This document shows positions 16,922 to 26,504 of a DNA stretch of 37,622 nucleotides, piece after piece. The notes under the pieces were generated by a model, which searched no databases, was not told the DNA's origin, and saw only the letters and a program-made list of their open reading frames with translations. Within the stretch, counting starts at the first letter, position 1. Every line of letters starts with the position of its first letter. Source of the DNA: a bacterium (GTDB lineage: Bacteria > Electryoneota > RPQS01 > DYHQ01). The stretch is from contig JAZDIW010000044.1 of assembly GCA_043804575.1 (NCBI GenBank), positions 1 to 37,622 on the forward strand, written 5' to 3'. The translations under genes and the position numbers were made by a program.

Positions 16922-18616
16922 CTATTCGGTCGAGGGGGGAGGCGAAAGGGGGAATCGAACGGTGAAAGTGGAGCCTTTTTGCCAAGTACTCTCCACGAGG
17001 ATTTCCGCACCATAACGCGCCAGAAGAGAGCGGCTTGTTGCCAGGCCGAGTCCCGTTCCCGTCGGCTGATCCGCGGTTCCCATTCCCACCATCGGCTTCG
17101 TGGTGAAGAAGGGCTTGAACAGACTGGCCATATCTTCCGGTGTGATGCCTACGCCGGTGTCTTCGATTTCTACAAGCAGGAATCGCTCATTGCGGCGGGT
17201 GCGCACCACGAGCCGTCTTTCCTCGCACTCCTGAAGGGCGTCAATGGCGTTGCGCAATAGATTGCCAATCGCCTGGGATAGATCCGAATAGACCGCCCAA
17301 ATCGCAGGTAAGGTTTCATCGAGTTCGAGGCGCTTTTCCACATCATGTTTGAAGAAGAGATTCGCGTGAAGGAACTTCCATTCGGTTTCAATCAGCTCGT
17401 TGATGGAGATCTCTTGGGGTTCCGGGTTCTGCTCTTGGCGACTCTTCCGCATGAGAGTCTCGATGATCTCTTTCATGGCCAGGGCTTGACCGCGGATGCG
17501 CTCGACATCGGGACTCGTTCCTTGGGTCAAGGCGATCAGATCACAGGAACCCAAGACGCTCGTCAAAGGGCCGTTCAGATTATGAGCGATGCCGGCGGCC
17601 AGAGCGCCAAACTCGGCGAGTTTCGATTCTCTCAAGAGCTCCATCTCCAGTTGATGCCCCTTTTCCTGGAGGAGTTTCAGTTCTGTGATGTCTTTGGCAA
17701 TCATCATGACCGATGCCGCACCCCTTCCTTCAAAGAGAAACGAGCGGGTCACCAAGAAAGTGCGACCATCATTCAAAGGCAGCTCGAGCGTCTGTCCTTC
17801 ATACGGGGAGCTGAATCCCAGAATTCCCGCTTGGTCATAGGCGGTGAATTGCTTCATCCATGTGCGGCAAATTTGGGGCAGATTCTCCCTCCCGAACATC
17901 TCTTCAACGGCCGGATTCGCGAAGAGAATGTCCCCTTTCTTCGAGAGCAGCACGAGTCCATCCCGCAGGCTTCGAACGAGCGCGTTCAAGCGATCCCGCT
18001 CCGCGCGCAAGGCGCTTTCCAAATCCAATTCCTGTGGTCCGAGGTCTCGCCCGGAGAGAAAGACCCAGCTCTCCTCGGCTTGTGCGATCAGAGCACTTCG
18101 AAATTCAATCGTGCGGTGCGCTGGATTCAGGTAGGGGATGCCGAGGGTCAACGCGGCTCCTTGGCAATGGCTGGGTTCCTGCCAAAGCCTCGTGGCCATG
18201 CTGTTTTCGCTATGCGGAAAAAGGGAGGCGAAGTCGCGTCCGACGAGCGCTTCGCGCTGCTCCCCTGTCCAGTTCGCGCCCGTTTGATTGCAGAAATGGA
18301 TCTGCCCATCCAAACCGTTTACGATGAAGAGGGCATCCGGGCTTTGGTCGAATATTTCCAATAGAACTTCAACGGCGAAGGCTTGCGGCGGAACGCTCGA
18401 GGAATCGTCTTCCCTTTCACCGGAAAGGGCAGAGCGAGAGAAAATCTTCCCCGTCAGCAGGCTGTCAATGCTGTTTGCCAGAGCCCGAACGAGAGAGGAC
18501 GGAGGGGTGGCTCTTTCCGGTGCAGCAGGCTTCGGCTGTCCCGTAGAGGAATTGGTGACTTCAGCCGGTTTTGAAGGCACCGTTGGAAGCGTCGAGTGCG
18601 GGGGAGATTGGCTCAT
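16922..18616 (-). CDS. Cytoplasmic PAS-PAS sensor histidine kinase (orphan)
   Basis: The H-box is AAGIAHNLNGPLTSV, the N-box is LLRNAIDAL, G1 is EDTGVGI and G2 is GTGLGLATS. No TM segments are obvious. The N-terminal ~90 aa are Pro/Ser-rich. There is no adjacent response regulator. Confidence 0.85.
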   Translation of the reverse strand: MSQSPPHSTLPTVPSKPAEVTNSSTGQPKPAAPERATPPSSLVRALANSIDSLLTGKIFSRSALSGEREDDSSSVPPQAFAVEVLLEIFDQSPDALFIVNGLDGQIHFCNQTGANWTGEQREALVGRDFASLFPHSENSMATRLWQEPSHCQGAALTLGIPYLNPAHRTIEFRSALIAQAEESWVFLSGRDLGPQELDLESALRAERDRLNALVRSLRDGLVLLSKKGDILFANPAVEEMFGRENLPQICRTWMKQFTAYDQAGILGFSSPYEGQTLELPLNDGRTFLVTRSFLFEGRGAASVMMIAKDITELKLLQEKGHQLEMELLRESKLAEFGALAAGIAHNLNGPLTSVLGSCDLIALTQGTSPDVERIRGQALAMKEIIETLMRKSRQEQNPEPQEISINELIETEWKFLHANLFFKHDVEKRLELDETLPAIWAVYSDLSQAIGNLLRNAIDALQECEERRLVVRTRRNERFLLVEIEDTGVGITPEDMASLFKPFFTTKPMVGMGTADQPTGTGLGLATSRSLLARYGAEILVESTWQKGSTFTVRFPLSPPPSTE

Positions 18617-18816
18617 AATGCTCTATGTTTCGTCTTGGGGCAAAAGTTTCTTGTTTGCGCGACCTCTGGGAGGTTTTTGCCTGATACGAACTTGGCCAAG
18701 TCTCTGTATATTAGATAATAAACGCCGAGGTACGACCCATATGACTCGTCCTTCATAAGTAGGGCAAATGTCATTCCCAATTGCCCAGTCCCGCGAATTT
18801 GCTCAGGCCTTTGCGC

Positions 18817-18845
18817 TTGACATTCATGGGGAATTTCGGTATGTT
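18817..18845 (+). promoter_or_regulatory. Sigma70-like promoter upstream of tRNA-Ala (and possibly ffs)
   Basis: TTGACA (18817-18822), a 17-nt spacer and TATGTT (18840-18845) lie 15 nt before the tRNA 5' end. Confidence 0.5.
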
Positions 18846-18860
18846 ATTTCCGTCAAAAAT

Positions 18861-18933
18861 GGGGCAGTAGCTCAGCTGGGAGAGCAATGCGTTCGCAACG
18901 CATAGGTCGGCGGTTCGAATCCGCTCTGCTCCA
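18861..18933 (+). tRNA. tRNA-Ala (anticodon CGC)
   Basis: The sequence is GGGGCAGTAGCTCAGCTGGGAGAGCAATGCGTTCGCAACGCATAGGTCGGCGGTTCGAATCCGCTCTGCTCCA. It folds as a cloverleaf with the G3:U70 alanine identity pair and the loop TTCGCAA. CCA is not fully encoded (CCG follows). Confidence 0.9.
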
Positions 18934-19056
18934 CCGGGCCAAATACCCCACCGATGGAACCGGGAAGTAGGTGGCTTCTCGAATCTCAGTTCCGGCAATC
19001 TGAAAATTCGCTGCTTGGGTTGGAAAATCAAGGCAAAACCGGATTTTTGTGTGACT

Positions 19057-19172
19057 GAAAAGGCGCCTGTGAGTCCCGTGCAAGGAATGTCGGCCCAATC
19101 CCGCCAGGACCGGAAGGTAGCAACGGTCAGCCGATGGTTCTTGTGCCGCGGGAGTGCTTCGGGCGCCTTTTC
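19057..19172 (+). ncRNA. ffs: Small (4.5S-type) signal recognition particle RNA
   Basis: The conserved domain IV core is CCAGGACCGGAAGGTAGCAACGG, with a GGAA tetraloop and an AGCA symmetric-loop motif. The termini pair perfectly: gaaaaggcgcc (19057-19067) with ggcgccttttc (19162-19172). Position just upstream of dnaX is a common synteny. Confidence 0.8.
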
Positions 19173-19218
19173 AGAGTTCTTTGATGAAATATCTTTCTGA
19201 ATAAACCCTACGCAAATC

Positions 19219-20610
19219 GTGACCTACACTGTTTTAGCCAGGCGCTGGCGACCCACAAGATTCGCCGATGTGATCGGACAGGAACACATCACCATTACGC
19301 TCCAGAATGCATTGACATCGGGGCGGGTGGCGCACGCCTATATCTTGACCGGCCCTCGCGGCATTGGCAAAACCTCCACGGCTCGCATTTTGGCTCGTGC
19401 GGTTAATTGTCTAAACGGTCCCGCGCAGGAACCCTGCAACGAGTGCGAAATCTGCCGGCAGATTCTCGATGACCGCTGCTTGGATGTCGTCGAAATTGAT
19501 GGAGCTTCGAATAACTCGGTGGAAGATGTGCGCCGCTTGCGCGAGACCGTGCGGCTCTCACCCGTCTCGGCTCGCAAGAAGGTCTATGTCATTGACGAAG
19601 TGCACATGCTGACAGGCCCAGCCTTCAATGCCCTTCTGAAGACCTTAGAGGAGCCGCCCGAACATATACTTTTCATTTTTGCGACGACGGAGGTTCACAA
19701 AGTCCCGTTTACGATTCTTTCCCGGTGTCAGCGTTTTGATTTCCATCGCATCCCGCCCGAAGTGATGGCCGCACACTTGCGAAAAATCTGCCGGCAGGAG
19801 CCTATCACGATTTCTGACGAGGCGCTGGAGATTATGGCCCGGCGAGCCGAAGGCTCTCTGCGGGATGCCGAGGGACTCCTTGACCAACTCGTTGCCTACG
19901 CGGGAGCCGACATCCCCTTCGAAGCCGTGCGCCAGGTACTCGGAATTCTTCCGCGAGAGCTGATGGAGCGGACAACGGAAATCATCGCCCGCCATGATTT
20001 CGCTGCGGCTCTGCCGCATTTGGCGCAGCTTGCCAATGACGGAGTTGACTATGGCGAGCTTCTGCGAGGCTTGCAGCACTATTGGATGGAGCTGCTCTTC
20101 TTGAAAGTCGGCCAGACGACTGCCGCCTCGGGCGCGAGCGGGGAGACTCCGGGCGCTTGGGCGGACGAGTTTGTCTCGGAAGACCTGCTGCGGCTGATGA
20201 AACTTGCCTCCGAAACCGAGTCCGAGCTGCGCCGAAGTCTGAATCCGCGCGTGCGTTTTGAAGTGGCGTTCCTGCGCTGGGTCGGGCTGGACCGCAGCGT
20301 CCAGATCGCCGATATTCTGTCCAAGCTGCGAGGAACGGGCACACCATCCACCTCACCCTTGCCCGCTGTTCCCAGCACTCCCGTTGTGACGACGATTGCG
20401 CCCGATGAGACTCCTGCGGCAAGCAAACCCGAAAAGAAAAGCCCGAGTCCGCCTCAGGAATCCCCGAAAGCTGCCCCGGCGGAGAAGGCTCCATCGAAAG
20501 GAAAATCCGCGAAAACGGGGGAAAGCACGATTGACATGCTCGTAGAGAAGTTTGGGGGTGAAGTCATGGAAGTGAAAGACACTTCGAAGGTATCTCCAAA
20601 GAAAGAATAG
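19219..20610 (+). CDS. dnaX: DNA polymerase III subunit gamma/tau (short form, 463 aa)
   Basis: RWRPTRFADVIGQEHI, Walker A GPRGIGKTS, the Zn module CxxCxxC, DEVHML and SRCQRFDF are present. It has a GTG start and a Pro/Ser/Lys-rich C-terminal tail. Confidence 0.9.
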   Translation: MTYTVLARRWRPTRFADVIGQEHITITLQNALTSGRVAHAYILTGPRGIGKTSTARILARAVNCLNGPAQEPCNECEICRQILDDRCLDVVEIDGASNNSVEDVRRLRETVRLSPVSARKKVYVIDEVHMLTGPAFNALLKTLEEPPEHILFIFATTEVHKVPFTILSRCQRFDFHRIPPEVMAAHLRKICRQEPITISDEALEIMARRAEGSLRDAEGLLDQLVAYAGADIPFEAVRQVLGILPRELMERTTEIIARHDFAAALPHLAQLANDGVDYGELLRGLQHYWMELLFLKVGQTTAASGASGETPGAWADEFVSEDLLRLMKLASETESELRRSLNPRVRFEVAFLRWVGLDRSVQIADILSKLRGTGTPSTSPLPAVPSTPVVTTIAPDETPAASKPEKKSPSPPQESPKAAPAEKAPSKGKSAKTGESTIDMLVEKFGGEVMEVKDTSKVSPKKE

Positions 20611-20635
20611 TCGCTTCATTATCGGAGGATTTTGT

Positions 20636-20962
20636 GTGAAGGGTGGAATGAACAAGCTGCTACAGCAGGCGCAAATGTTGCAGGAAATGCTGGCCAAAGC
20701 GCAGGAAGAGTTGGAGACGCTCGAGGTGGAAGCGAGCGCAGGGGGAGGTGCGGTGAAAGTGGTGGCGAACGGAAAAGGAGACATTCTCTCCATTCGTATT
20801 GCTCACGAAGCCATTACTCCCGATGACCCGGAGACGCTTGAGGACCTCGTGCTTGCGGGTGTTACGGCGGCCATTGAAAAATCTCGCGCCGCCGCCCAGG
20901 AGCATATGGCTCAGGCGACGGGAGGATTGCTTCCTCCGGGGATGAGTCTGTCGGGGATGTAG
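20636..20962 (+). CDS. ybaB: YbaB/EbfC nucleoid-associated protein
   Basis: MNKLLQQAQMLQEMLAKAQEEL...VEASAGGGAVKVVANGKGDILSIRI is present. GGAGG ends 7 nt before GTG 20636. ATG 20648 is an alternative start. Confidence 0.9.
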   Translation: MKGGMNKLLQQAQMLQEMLAKAQEELETLEVEASAGGGAVKVVANGKGDILSIRIAHEAITPDDPETLEDLVLAGVTAAIEKSRAAAQEHMAQATGGLLPPGMSLSGM

Positions 20963-20963
20963 C

Positions 20964-21563
20964 ATGTTCGAGTTTTCGCCCGCACTCGAAAGGCTCACCG
21001 GACTGCTGGCAAAGCTTCCCGGTCTGGGGCCGAAATCGGCGGCTCGCATCGCCCTTCATGTGATGCGTGCACCCAAGACCGAGGTGGATGCACTCTCGGA
21101 GGCCCTAACAGAGGTCAAGAAGCGAATCAAGTTTTGCTCGATATGCTTCAATTTGACGGAGGAAGATCCCTGTTCCATTTGCCGAAATCCGAAGCGGGAC
21201 CGCAGCCTGATTTGTGTTGTGGAGACACCGAGTGATGTCTTGATGATTGAGAAGACGAAAGGCTATCGAGGTCTCTTTCATGTCTTAGGTGGGGCGCTTT
21301 CCCCTTTGGACGGTGTCTCGCCTGAAGACTTGCGGATACAGGAACTCATTCGGCGCATGGATGCTTCGACCCATGAAGTCATTCTTGCCACCAATCCAAC
21401 CACCGAGGGTGATGCCACCGCACTCTATCTTGCGCAGGTCTTGAAACCGAAGGGGGTACGGGTTACTCGCATTGCGTGCGGAGTGCCCGTGGGCTCGGAT
21501 CTGGAACATGTGGATGAAGTGACCCTTGCCAAGGCCCTTGAAGGGCGCTCGGAGATCCTCTGA
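20964..21563 (+). CDS. recR: Recombination protein RecR
   Basis: The sequence shows HhH LPGLGPKSAARIA, the Zn finger CSICFNLTEEDPCSIC, and the Toprim block VVETPSDVLMIEKT..Y.G.FHVLGG. Confidence 0.95.
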   Translation: MFEFSPALERLTGLLAKLPGLGPKSAARIALHVMRAPKTEVDALSEALTEVKKRIKFCSICFNLTEEDPCSICRNPKRDRSLICVVETPSDVLMIEKTKGYRGLFHVLGGALSPLDGVSPEDLRIQELIRRMDASTHEVILATNPTTEGDATALYLAQVLKPKGVRVTRIACGVPVGSDLEHVDEVTLAKALEGRSEIL

Positions 21564-21613
21564 GCCCGGACTGGTTGGGGTTATTGTGCTTGGTTGGGTA
21601 ATGGCACAGGAGT

Positions 21614-23173
21614 GTGAGACGATTGGGCAATAGGTTGAGACCTGAGCGATTACTGGTAGGGGTGACGATTGCCGTCATCCTCTACTTATATACAAACGGA
21701 ATATTTCTCTTCTTCTCTCCGAGCGAATTGCCCGAGTTACTTCGCTTCTTCGCCATCGGGGCCCCGTTTGCCATTCTCTTCTTTCTCTTCCCGCGCTTCG
21801 CATTGGTCATCTTGGCTTTCTCCTCGTACTTCTTTGACTGGCTGGCGTTCTGGGTGAAGATTGTTCCGCCCTCATTTACCTGGTTTATTGACTTCATCCT
21901 GATTATTTTTTTGGTGCGGTATTTCTTCCTGTTTCCGCACCTTCGCGCACGGCCTGCTCCGGCGGCGGAAATGTGGATTTGGGGTCTTCTCCTTTTCAGC
22001 CTCTTTTCCGCTCTGATTAACGAAACGCCCACCGCGGTCGCTTTTCTGGGTCTGCGGGTATCCCTGAAATATTTGATATTGTTCGTCGTTCTTTCTTCGA
22101 TAGACCTTAGCGAGAAGTTTGCCCGCCGCCTGCTCTATCTCCAATTTGCCATTGCACTGGTGCAGATTCCGATTGTTCTTTTGGAGTTTCAAGCGGCTCC
22201 GACGACCACCTGGGATCCTTGGGATCGCATGGGCGGGACTTTCGGGTTGAATGCCACGGGGGTTTTGGCCGTCTTTCTTCTGGGCTGGATTGCCTTTCTC
22301 ATTGCGACGATGGTCGAACAGCGTCGCTTGCGACTGAGGCTTCTGCTCCTGATTCTCTTTCTCCATATTCCACCGATTTTGGGAGAGGGAAAGGCATTCT
22401 TTATTGTATTGATTCCGCTGACGCTTTTCATGCTGCGGCGAGAATGGATACGGCGACCGGGCTTGGCCGTAGCGATCGGACTGTTCAGCTTCACTTTGTT
22501 TGTGGGCGTGGACTATGTTCTGGTCAAAACAGGCTATTGGATTTCGGGGCGTAATCCCATTACCTACATAACGAACATCGGGTCCGTGATCGAAAGAGAT
22601 TTGGAGACTTCCCGGCCTTGGGCTTCAGGCACGGGGGAGGCTCGCGCAGGGCGATTCTTTCAAGCCGAAAGCGGGTTCCGTCTTGCGACTTCCAGCTTGC
22701 AGGCTTTTGTCTTCGGTTTCGGTCCGGGAGCGGCTACGCGCAGTTTTTTCGCCGCTCAGCAATCTCCAACGGTTGCCTTCTTCCGAAAATGGGGAATCTC
22801 CTCGGATGCTCAGAGTCTTGCCTGGATGCTCGTGGAATATGGGGTCGTGGGGACATTGCTCTTTCTTGTGCCTCCGATCCTGCTCTACCGGCACGCGCGG
22901 ATTCTGCGTCGAAGTGAGCGAGAAAGCCACCGAATTTTGGCCGCGGCTTTTCAAGGATTGACTTTTCTCTATGTCATCAACTTGTTTGTCACCGCGTTGC
23001 TCCAATCGGATCAAATCGGCTATTTCTATTGGGTGACAGCGGCCATCGTGGTCCAGCTCGCCCACACCGTAAAGAGGGAAATGGAAGTAAAGGACGCTTC
23101 CCAAGTCGCTCTGGAACCTACAACCATAGCCCAGAACAGCTCCGTCGCTGTCGATGTCAGAACCCGAGGTTGA
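21614..23173 (+). CDS. Polytopic membrane protein, O-antigen ligase/polymerase (Wzy_C)-like
   Basis: About 10-12 predicted TM helices flank a hydrophilic loop (ETSRPWASGTGEARAGRFF...FGFGPGA), which is typical of O-antigen ligase-like proteins. The functional call is tentative. Confidence 0.55.
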   Translation: MRRLGNRLRPERLLVGVTIAVILYLYTNGIFLFFSPSELPELLRFFAIGAPFAILFFLFPRFALVILAFSSYFFDWLAFWVKIVPPSFTWFIDFILIIFLVRYFFLFPHLRARPAPAAEMWIWGLLLFSLFSALINETPTAVAFLGLRVSLKYLILFVVLSSIDLSEKFARRLLYLQFAIALVQIPIVLLEFQAAPTTTWDPWDRMGGTFGLNATGVLAVFLLGWIAFLIATMVEQRRLRLRLLLLILFLHIPPILGEGKAFFIVLIPLTLFMLRREWIRRPGLAVAIGLFSFTLFVGVDYVLVKTGYWISGRNPITYITNIGSVIERDLETSRPWASGTGEARAGRFFQAESGFRLATSSLQAFVFGFGPGAATRSFFAAQQSPTVAFFRKWGISSDAQSLAWMLVEYGVVGTLLFLVPPILLYRHARILRRSERESHRILAAAFQGLTFLYVINLFVTALLQSDQIGYFYWVTAAIVVQLAHTVKREMEVKDASQVALEPTTIAQNSSVAVDVRTRG

Positions 23174-23201
23174 TTTTGTGCACAAGCCTTCGAGTTCTCC
23201 G

Positions 23202-24686
23202 ATGAATGCACAAACGAATCGCCCGTGGATATGGCTGGCGCTGGTAATTCTTCTGGCACTTCTTCTTCGTCTGCCGAATCTCGGTGATAGCTTTTATGGA
23301 GATGAGGAGTTCACGCTCCTTCGAGACAGTGATCATTTTCTGACACGAAGCGACGACTGCCATCGTCCCGTTTTCTTTACGCTTCTTTTCCTGTGGCGCA
23401 CGATGGGCTTCGACGGCGAGATCGGTCTTCGGATGTTGCCCCTCCTCTTCGGATTGCTGTCGGTGCCTTTGGCGTGGGCTGTCGGAAAACATCTGGGTGG
23501 ACGGGGCTTTGCCTTGGGATTCAGCCTTCTCCTGGCGACCTCCCCCGTGCACATTGAATTTTCTCAAGAGCTGCGCATGTATTCTTTGCTCGTTCTCTTG
23601 GCCCTGGCGCAGCTTCTCTGTTATTTGGATTACCGGCAACGAAGGCGCATCTCCACGCTGGTTTTGGGAGCTCTCGTCGGCCTGGTGGGGATGTACACGC
23701 ACCTCTTCTATGGTTTCTGTCTTGGCGGATTTGCGCTCTTGGCCTTGCTGGACAGACAAGCTGTTCGGTGGAAACCCTTTTGGATCTCTCTGATAGCCGT
23801 CGCCCTCTTGTATCTGCCCAATCTTGGAAATATTCTTTGGTTCTACGATTTGCGCAATGTGAAATACAAAGTCCATCTTCCGAGTGCGTTGCCGAAACTT
23901 GCGGCCTCGTTCACCGTCGGATTCAATCTCTTCGACTTGCCGGAACTGGGACAGGGCAGAGGCATTGGCGGGCGGATTCTCATCGAAAATTGGCACTATG
24001 TGCTGCCTTGTCTTCTCATATTCGGATTGCTTCTGTTTGGTGCCGTTCGAACCTTGGCACAACGGAAAGAACGCTTCGCGCTTTTTCTGACGACGGCGTT
24101 GCTTATAGTTCCCGCTCTCTTGGCTTATGGATTCGCTCTGGCCACGAAAAAGAACATCATGGGGCCGAAATATCTCATTTTCCTGTTGCCCTTTGTTCTT
24201 CTCCTCTTTGCATGGGGGTTTCAAGGTCTGCGCACGCGCGCTCTTCAAGTGCTGATCGGACTGGGGTATGCGTTCCTTGTAGGAATCTCTCTTCTCCATT
24301 TCTATACCGACCCGGTTCACTACGGCCGTCGCGTGGACTGGCGCGGGGCGGCGGACTATCTGAAGGGTCGCGTGGGCGGCGAGGCTCCCTTGGTTCTTCT
24401 CAAGGGTTATGCGATGGGCATTCTGCAATACTATGGCTATGAGACTCGTCCCTATTGGATCCGTGTGGACGGCGCGGGAGATTCGGTCGCAGTTGCCGAG
24501 TATCTTCCCTATTTGCAGCCGCAGCTGACGCACGCCCGCAAGGCTTTTTATTTGCGGGAAGATGATCTGCAGAATGCCGTTGATCCAAACGATATTGTCT
24601 TGAAGTCCCTGAGAGTCCTGGGCACGGATGAAGTCTGCATTCCCTACAATCCCCGCCTTCGACTCTATGGATGGCGACTTCATTAG
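23202..24686 (+). CDS. GT-C fold glycosyltransferase, family 39 / ArnT-PMT-like
   Basis: A multi-TM protein whose first periplasmic loop carries the acidic motif LGDSFYGDEEF. I prefer the MNAQTNRPWIWLAL start. The track start at 23154 overlaps the upstream gene by 20 nt. Confidence 0.65.
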   Translation: MNAQTNRPWIWLALVILLALLLRLPNLGDSFYGDEEFTLLRDSDHFLTRSDDCHRPVFFTLLFLWRTMGFDGEIGLRMLPLLFGLLSVPLAWAVGKHLGGRGFALGFSLLLATSPVHIEFSQELRMYSLLVLLALAQLLCYLDYRQRRRISTLVLGALVGLVGMYTHLFYGFCLGGFALLALLDRQAVRWKPFWISLIAVALLYLPNLGNILWFYDLRNVKYKVHLPSALPKLAASFTVGFNLFDLPELGQGRGIGGRILIENWHYVLPCLLIFGLLLFGAVRTLAQRKERFALFLTTALLIVPALLAYGFALATKKNIMGPKYLIFLLPFVLLLFAWGFQGLRTRALQVLIGLGYAFLVGISLLHFYTDPVHYGRRVDWRGAADYLKGRVGGEAPLVLLKGYAMGILQYYGYETRPYWIRVDGAGDSVAVAEYLPYLQPQLTHARKAFYLREDDLQNAVDPNDIVLKSLRVLGTDEVCIPYNPRLRLYGWRLH

Positions 24687-24770
24687 CCTAAGACGAGGAA
24701 GGGGACCTTTCCCCGCAACGAACAGTAGGATTCTTATGTTCTCGTTGGTTTTCGTGCAACACAGTCTCCC

Positions 24771-25685
24771 GTGATGACAACAGACTCTCAAGTTACGGCC
24801 GAAGCCTGCCGCCGCTGTATTTTGGATGATCTTTCGGGAGCACTTCATCTTCTTCCGGATATTTCCGAGGAGAAGAAGCAGGAGATCCTCGCGAGTGCGC
24901 GCCAATTTCTTGACGGAGAATTCAATCTCTCCCGCGCTCCGTCCTACTATATTACAGGAGTTCACAGGAGACTGAAGCAAATCGCAGGGCTGCCGGTTCC
25001 CTTTGCAGAGCTGCGCCACGCATGCAACGAAGTCGGTCGAGTCCTCGCCGAAAAATTGCGGCGGAGATTAGAGGTTCTATCTCAGAAAGAAGGGTTTCGA
25101 CTCGCCGTCGAGTGGGCCATAGCGGCCAATCACCTCGATTTTCGCACGGTGGGGACAGGGTATGGCTTCTCCCCCGATGAAATCGAAGCAATGTTGGAGG
25201 CGAAACTTCGCAAAGGATTCGCTGTGGATGATTTCGACAGTCTGTGGGATCTTGTGCACGGCGCGCGGGAAATCCTCTACATTCCGGATAATGTGGGTGA
25301 GCTGGCGTTCGACAATATCGTCCTGGATTACTTGCGGGATTTCAGCTGTCACACGATTGTTCCTTATCGTGGCGGACCGATTACCTCCGATGCAACTCTG
25401 GAGGATTTCAATTTCCTGAACACGCAGGCGCACGCAGGCGATGTGATTTGCGCAGGACCGGACACGCTGGGCATTTCGCTCGAGGAAGCGAGCGATGAGC
25501 TCCATGCGGCGCTGCAGCGCGCCGAACTCATCATCACGAAAGGCCAGGCCAATTTCTATGCCATGCATGCTTCGCAGCACAAGCTCCCCGGGCGAATAGC
25601 CTGCCTGTTCACCTGCAAATGCGATGTGGTTGCCGGTCTCTTTGGCCTCAGCGGAAAAATCAATATCATGAAGGTTCTGAAGTGA
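24771..25685 (+). CDS. DUF89 / ARMT1-like damage-control phosphatase family protein
   Basis: The metal-site motif IPDNVGELAFDNIVLDYL and the motif ITKGQANFYA are present. Confidence 0.75.
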   Translation: MMTTDSQVTAEACRRCILDDLSGALHLLPDISEEKKQEILASARQFLDGEFNLSRAPSYYITGVHRRLKQIAGLPVPFAELRHACNEVGRVLAEKLRRRLEVLSQKEGFRLAVEWAIAANHLDFRTVGTGYGFSPDEIEAMLEAKLRKGFAVDDFDSLWDLVHGAREILYIPDNVGELAFDNIVLDYLRDFSCHTIVPYRGGPITSDATLEDFNFLNTQAHAGDVICAGPDTLGISLEEASDELHAALQRAELIITKGQANFYAMHASQHKLPGRIACLFTCKCDVVAGLFGLSGKINIMKVLK

Positions 25686-26254
25686 AAGCGCGCATAGGTC
25701 TTCCGAATAAAATCACGCTCTCTCGCCTGGCGCTTGGGCCACTCTTTCTCATCGTCTATTTATCAGATTGGCCGGGGGCCAAACTCGGCGGGCTTCTTAT
25801 TGCCGTCCTCGTCGAAGTGACGGACATCGCAGACGGTTGGATGGCGAGAGCTCGCGGAGAAACCTCCGAGGTCGGCAAATTGCTTGACCCTCTTGCAGAT
25901 GCCCTCGCGCGCATCTCCTGTTTCATCGGCTTTCTGGTCTACGGCTATGCGGCGGCATGGATGGTGGCAGTGCTGGTTTACCGCGATGTCGGCGTGGCCT
26001 ATGTGCGCACCTTGGCGGCTTTGCAGGGCGTCGCGGTCGGTGCGCGTCGAAGTGGGAAATGGAAGGGTGCGATTCAGGGAACCGCCGCTATCACCATTCT
26101 GGCACTCGACCTTCTGGATTTTCCCTGGCTTCTGCCCCATTTCCTGAAGATTGTCTTTTTCCTCATGCTTATCGTGACGCTTTACACGGGATTTACTCTC
26201 GTGGACTACATTTGGGGCAATCGCAAGATCCTGCGTGAGTTGCACTGGCGGTAG
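25682..26254 (+). CDS. pgsA: CDP-diacylglycerol--glycerol-3-phosphate 3-phosphatidyltransferase
   Basis: The CDP-alcohol phosphatidyltransferase motif DIADGWMAR...GKLLDPLADAL is preceded by PNKITLSRL. I chose GTG 25682, which forms a GTGA overlap with the DUF89 stop. The track start at 25619 overlaps that gene by 67 nt. Confidence 0.85.
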   Translation: MKARIGLPNKITLSRLALGPLFLIVYLSDWPGAKLGGLLIAVLVEVTDIADGWMARARGETSEVGKLLDPLADALARISCFIGFLVYGYAAAWMVAVLVYRDVGVAYVRTLAALQGVAVGARRSGKWKGAIQGTAAITILALDLLDFPWLLPHFLKIVFFLMLIVTLYTGFTLVDYIWGNRKILRELHWR

Positions 26255-26504
26255 GCGTCTTACCTGGCGGTTTTCGAGAGGATCCAATAGCCATCTTCGG
26301 CGGAGAATGGCAGACCCATCAAGCGATCACGGCTGGTCAAATGCCATTGATTGGAAACGAGTCACGAGCACGAGAGCCGTTTCAATCTTCCGATGGAAAG
26401 CATCACCATGTAGTGCCGCACGGCAGTGCGCCGGGTCGGCTGCAAGCGCAGACACCTCGAAAATTCCGGGCAGATCAGGGGATCTGCCTCGGCGAGAGTA
26501 TAGC

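Noticed and set aside
17345-18364. 339-aa plus-strand ORF
   Set aside because: It is antisense to the histidine kinase, whose H/N/G boxes are unambiguous.
19219-20610. Possible programmed -1 frameshift site in dnaX (gamma/tau)
   Set aside because: I looked for an A-AAA-AAG-type slippery heptamer or a long A-run and found none. Only interrupted runs such as gaaaagaaaag near 20430 occur. The protein is already a short form.
23157-25019. 620-aa ORF on the minus strand, the longest unexplained ORF in the track
   Set aside because: It is exactly antisense to the GT39-like and DUF89 genes. The translation is low-complexity (R/K/Q/S-rich) with no recognisable motif. The plus-strand genes have clear family signatures. 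It is a shadow ORF.
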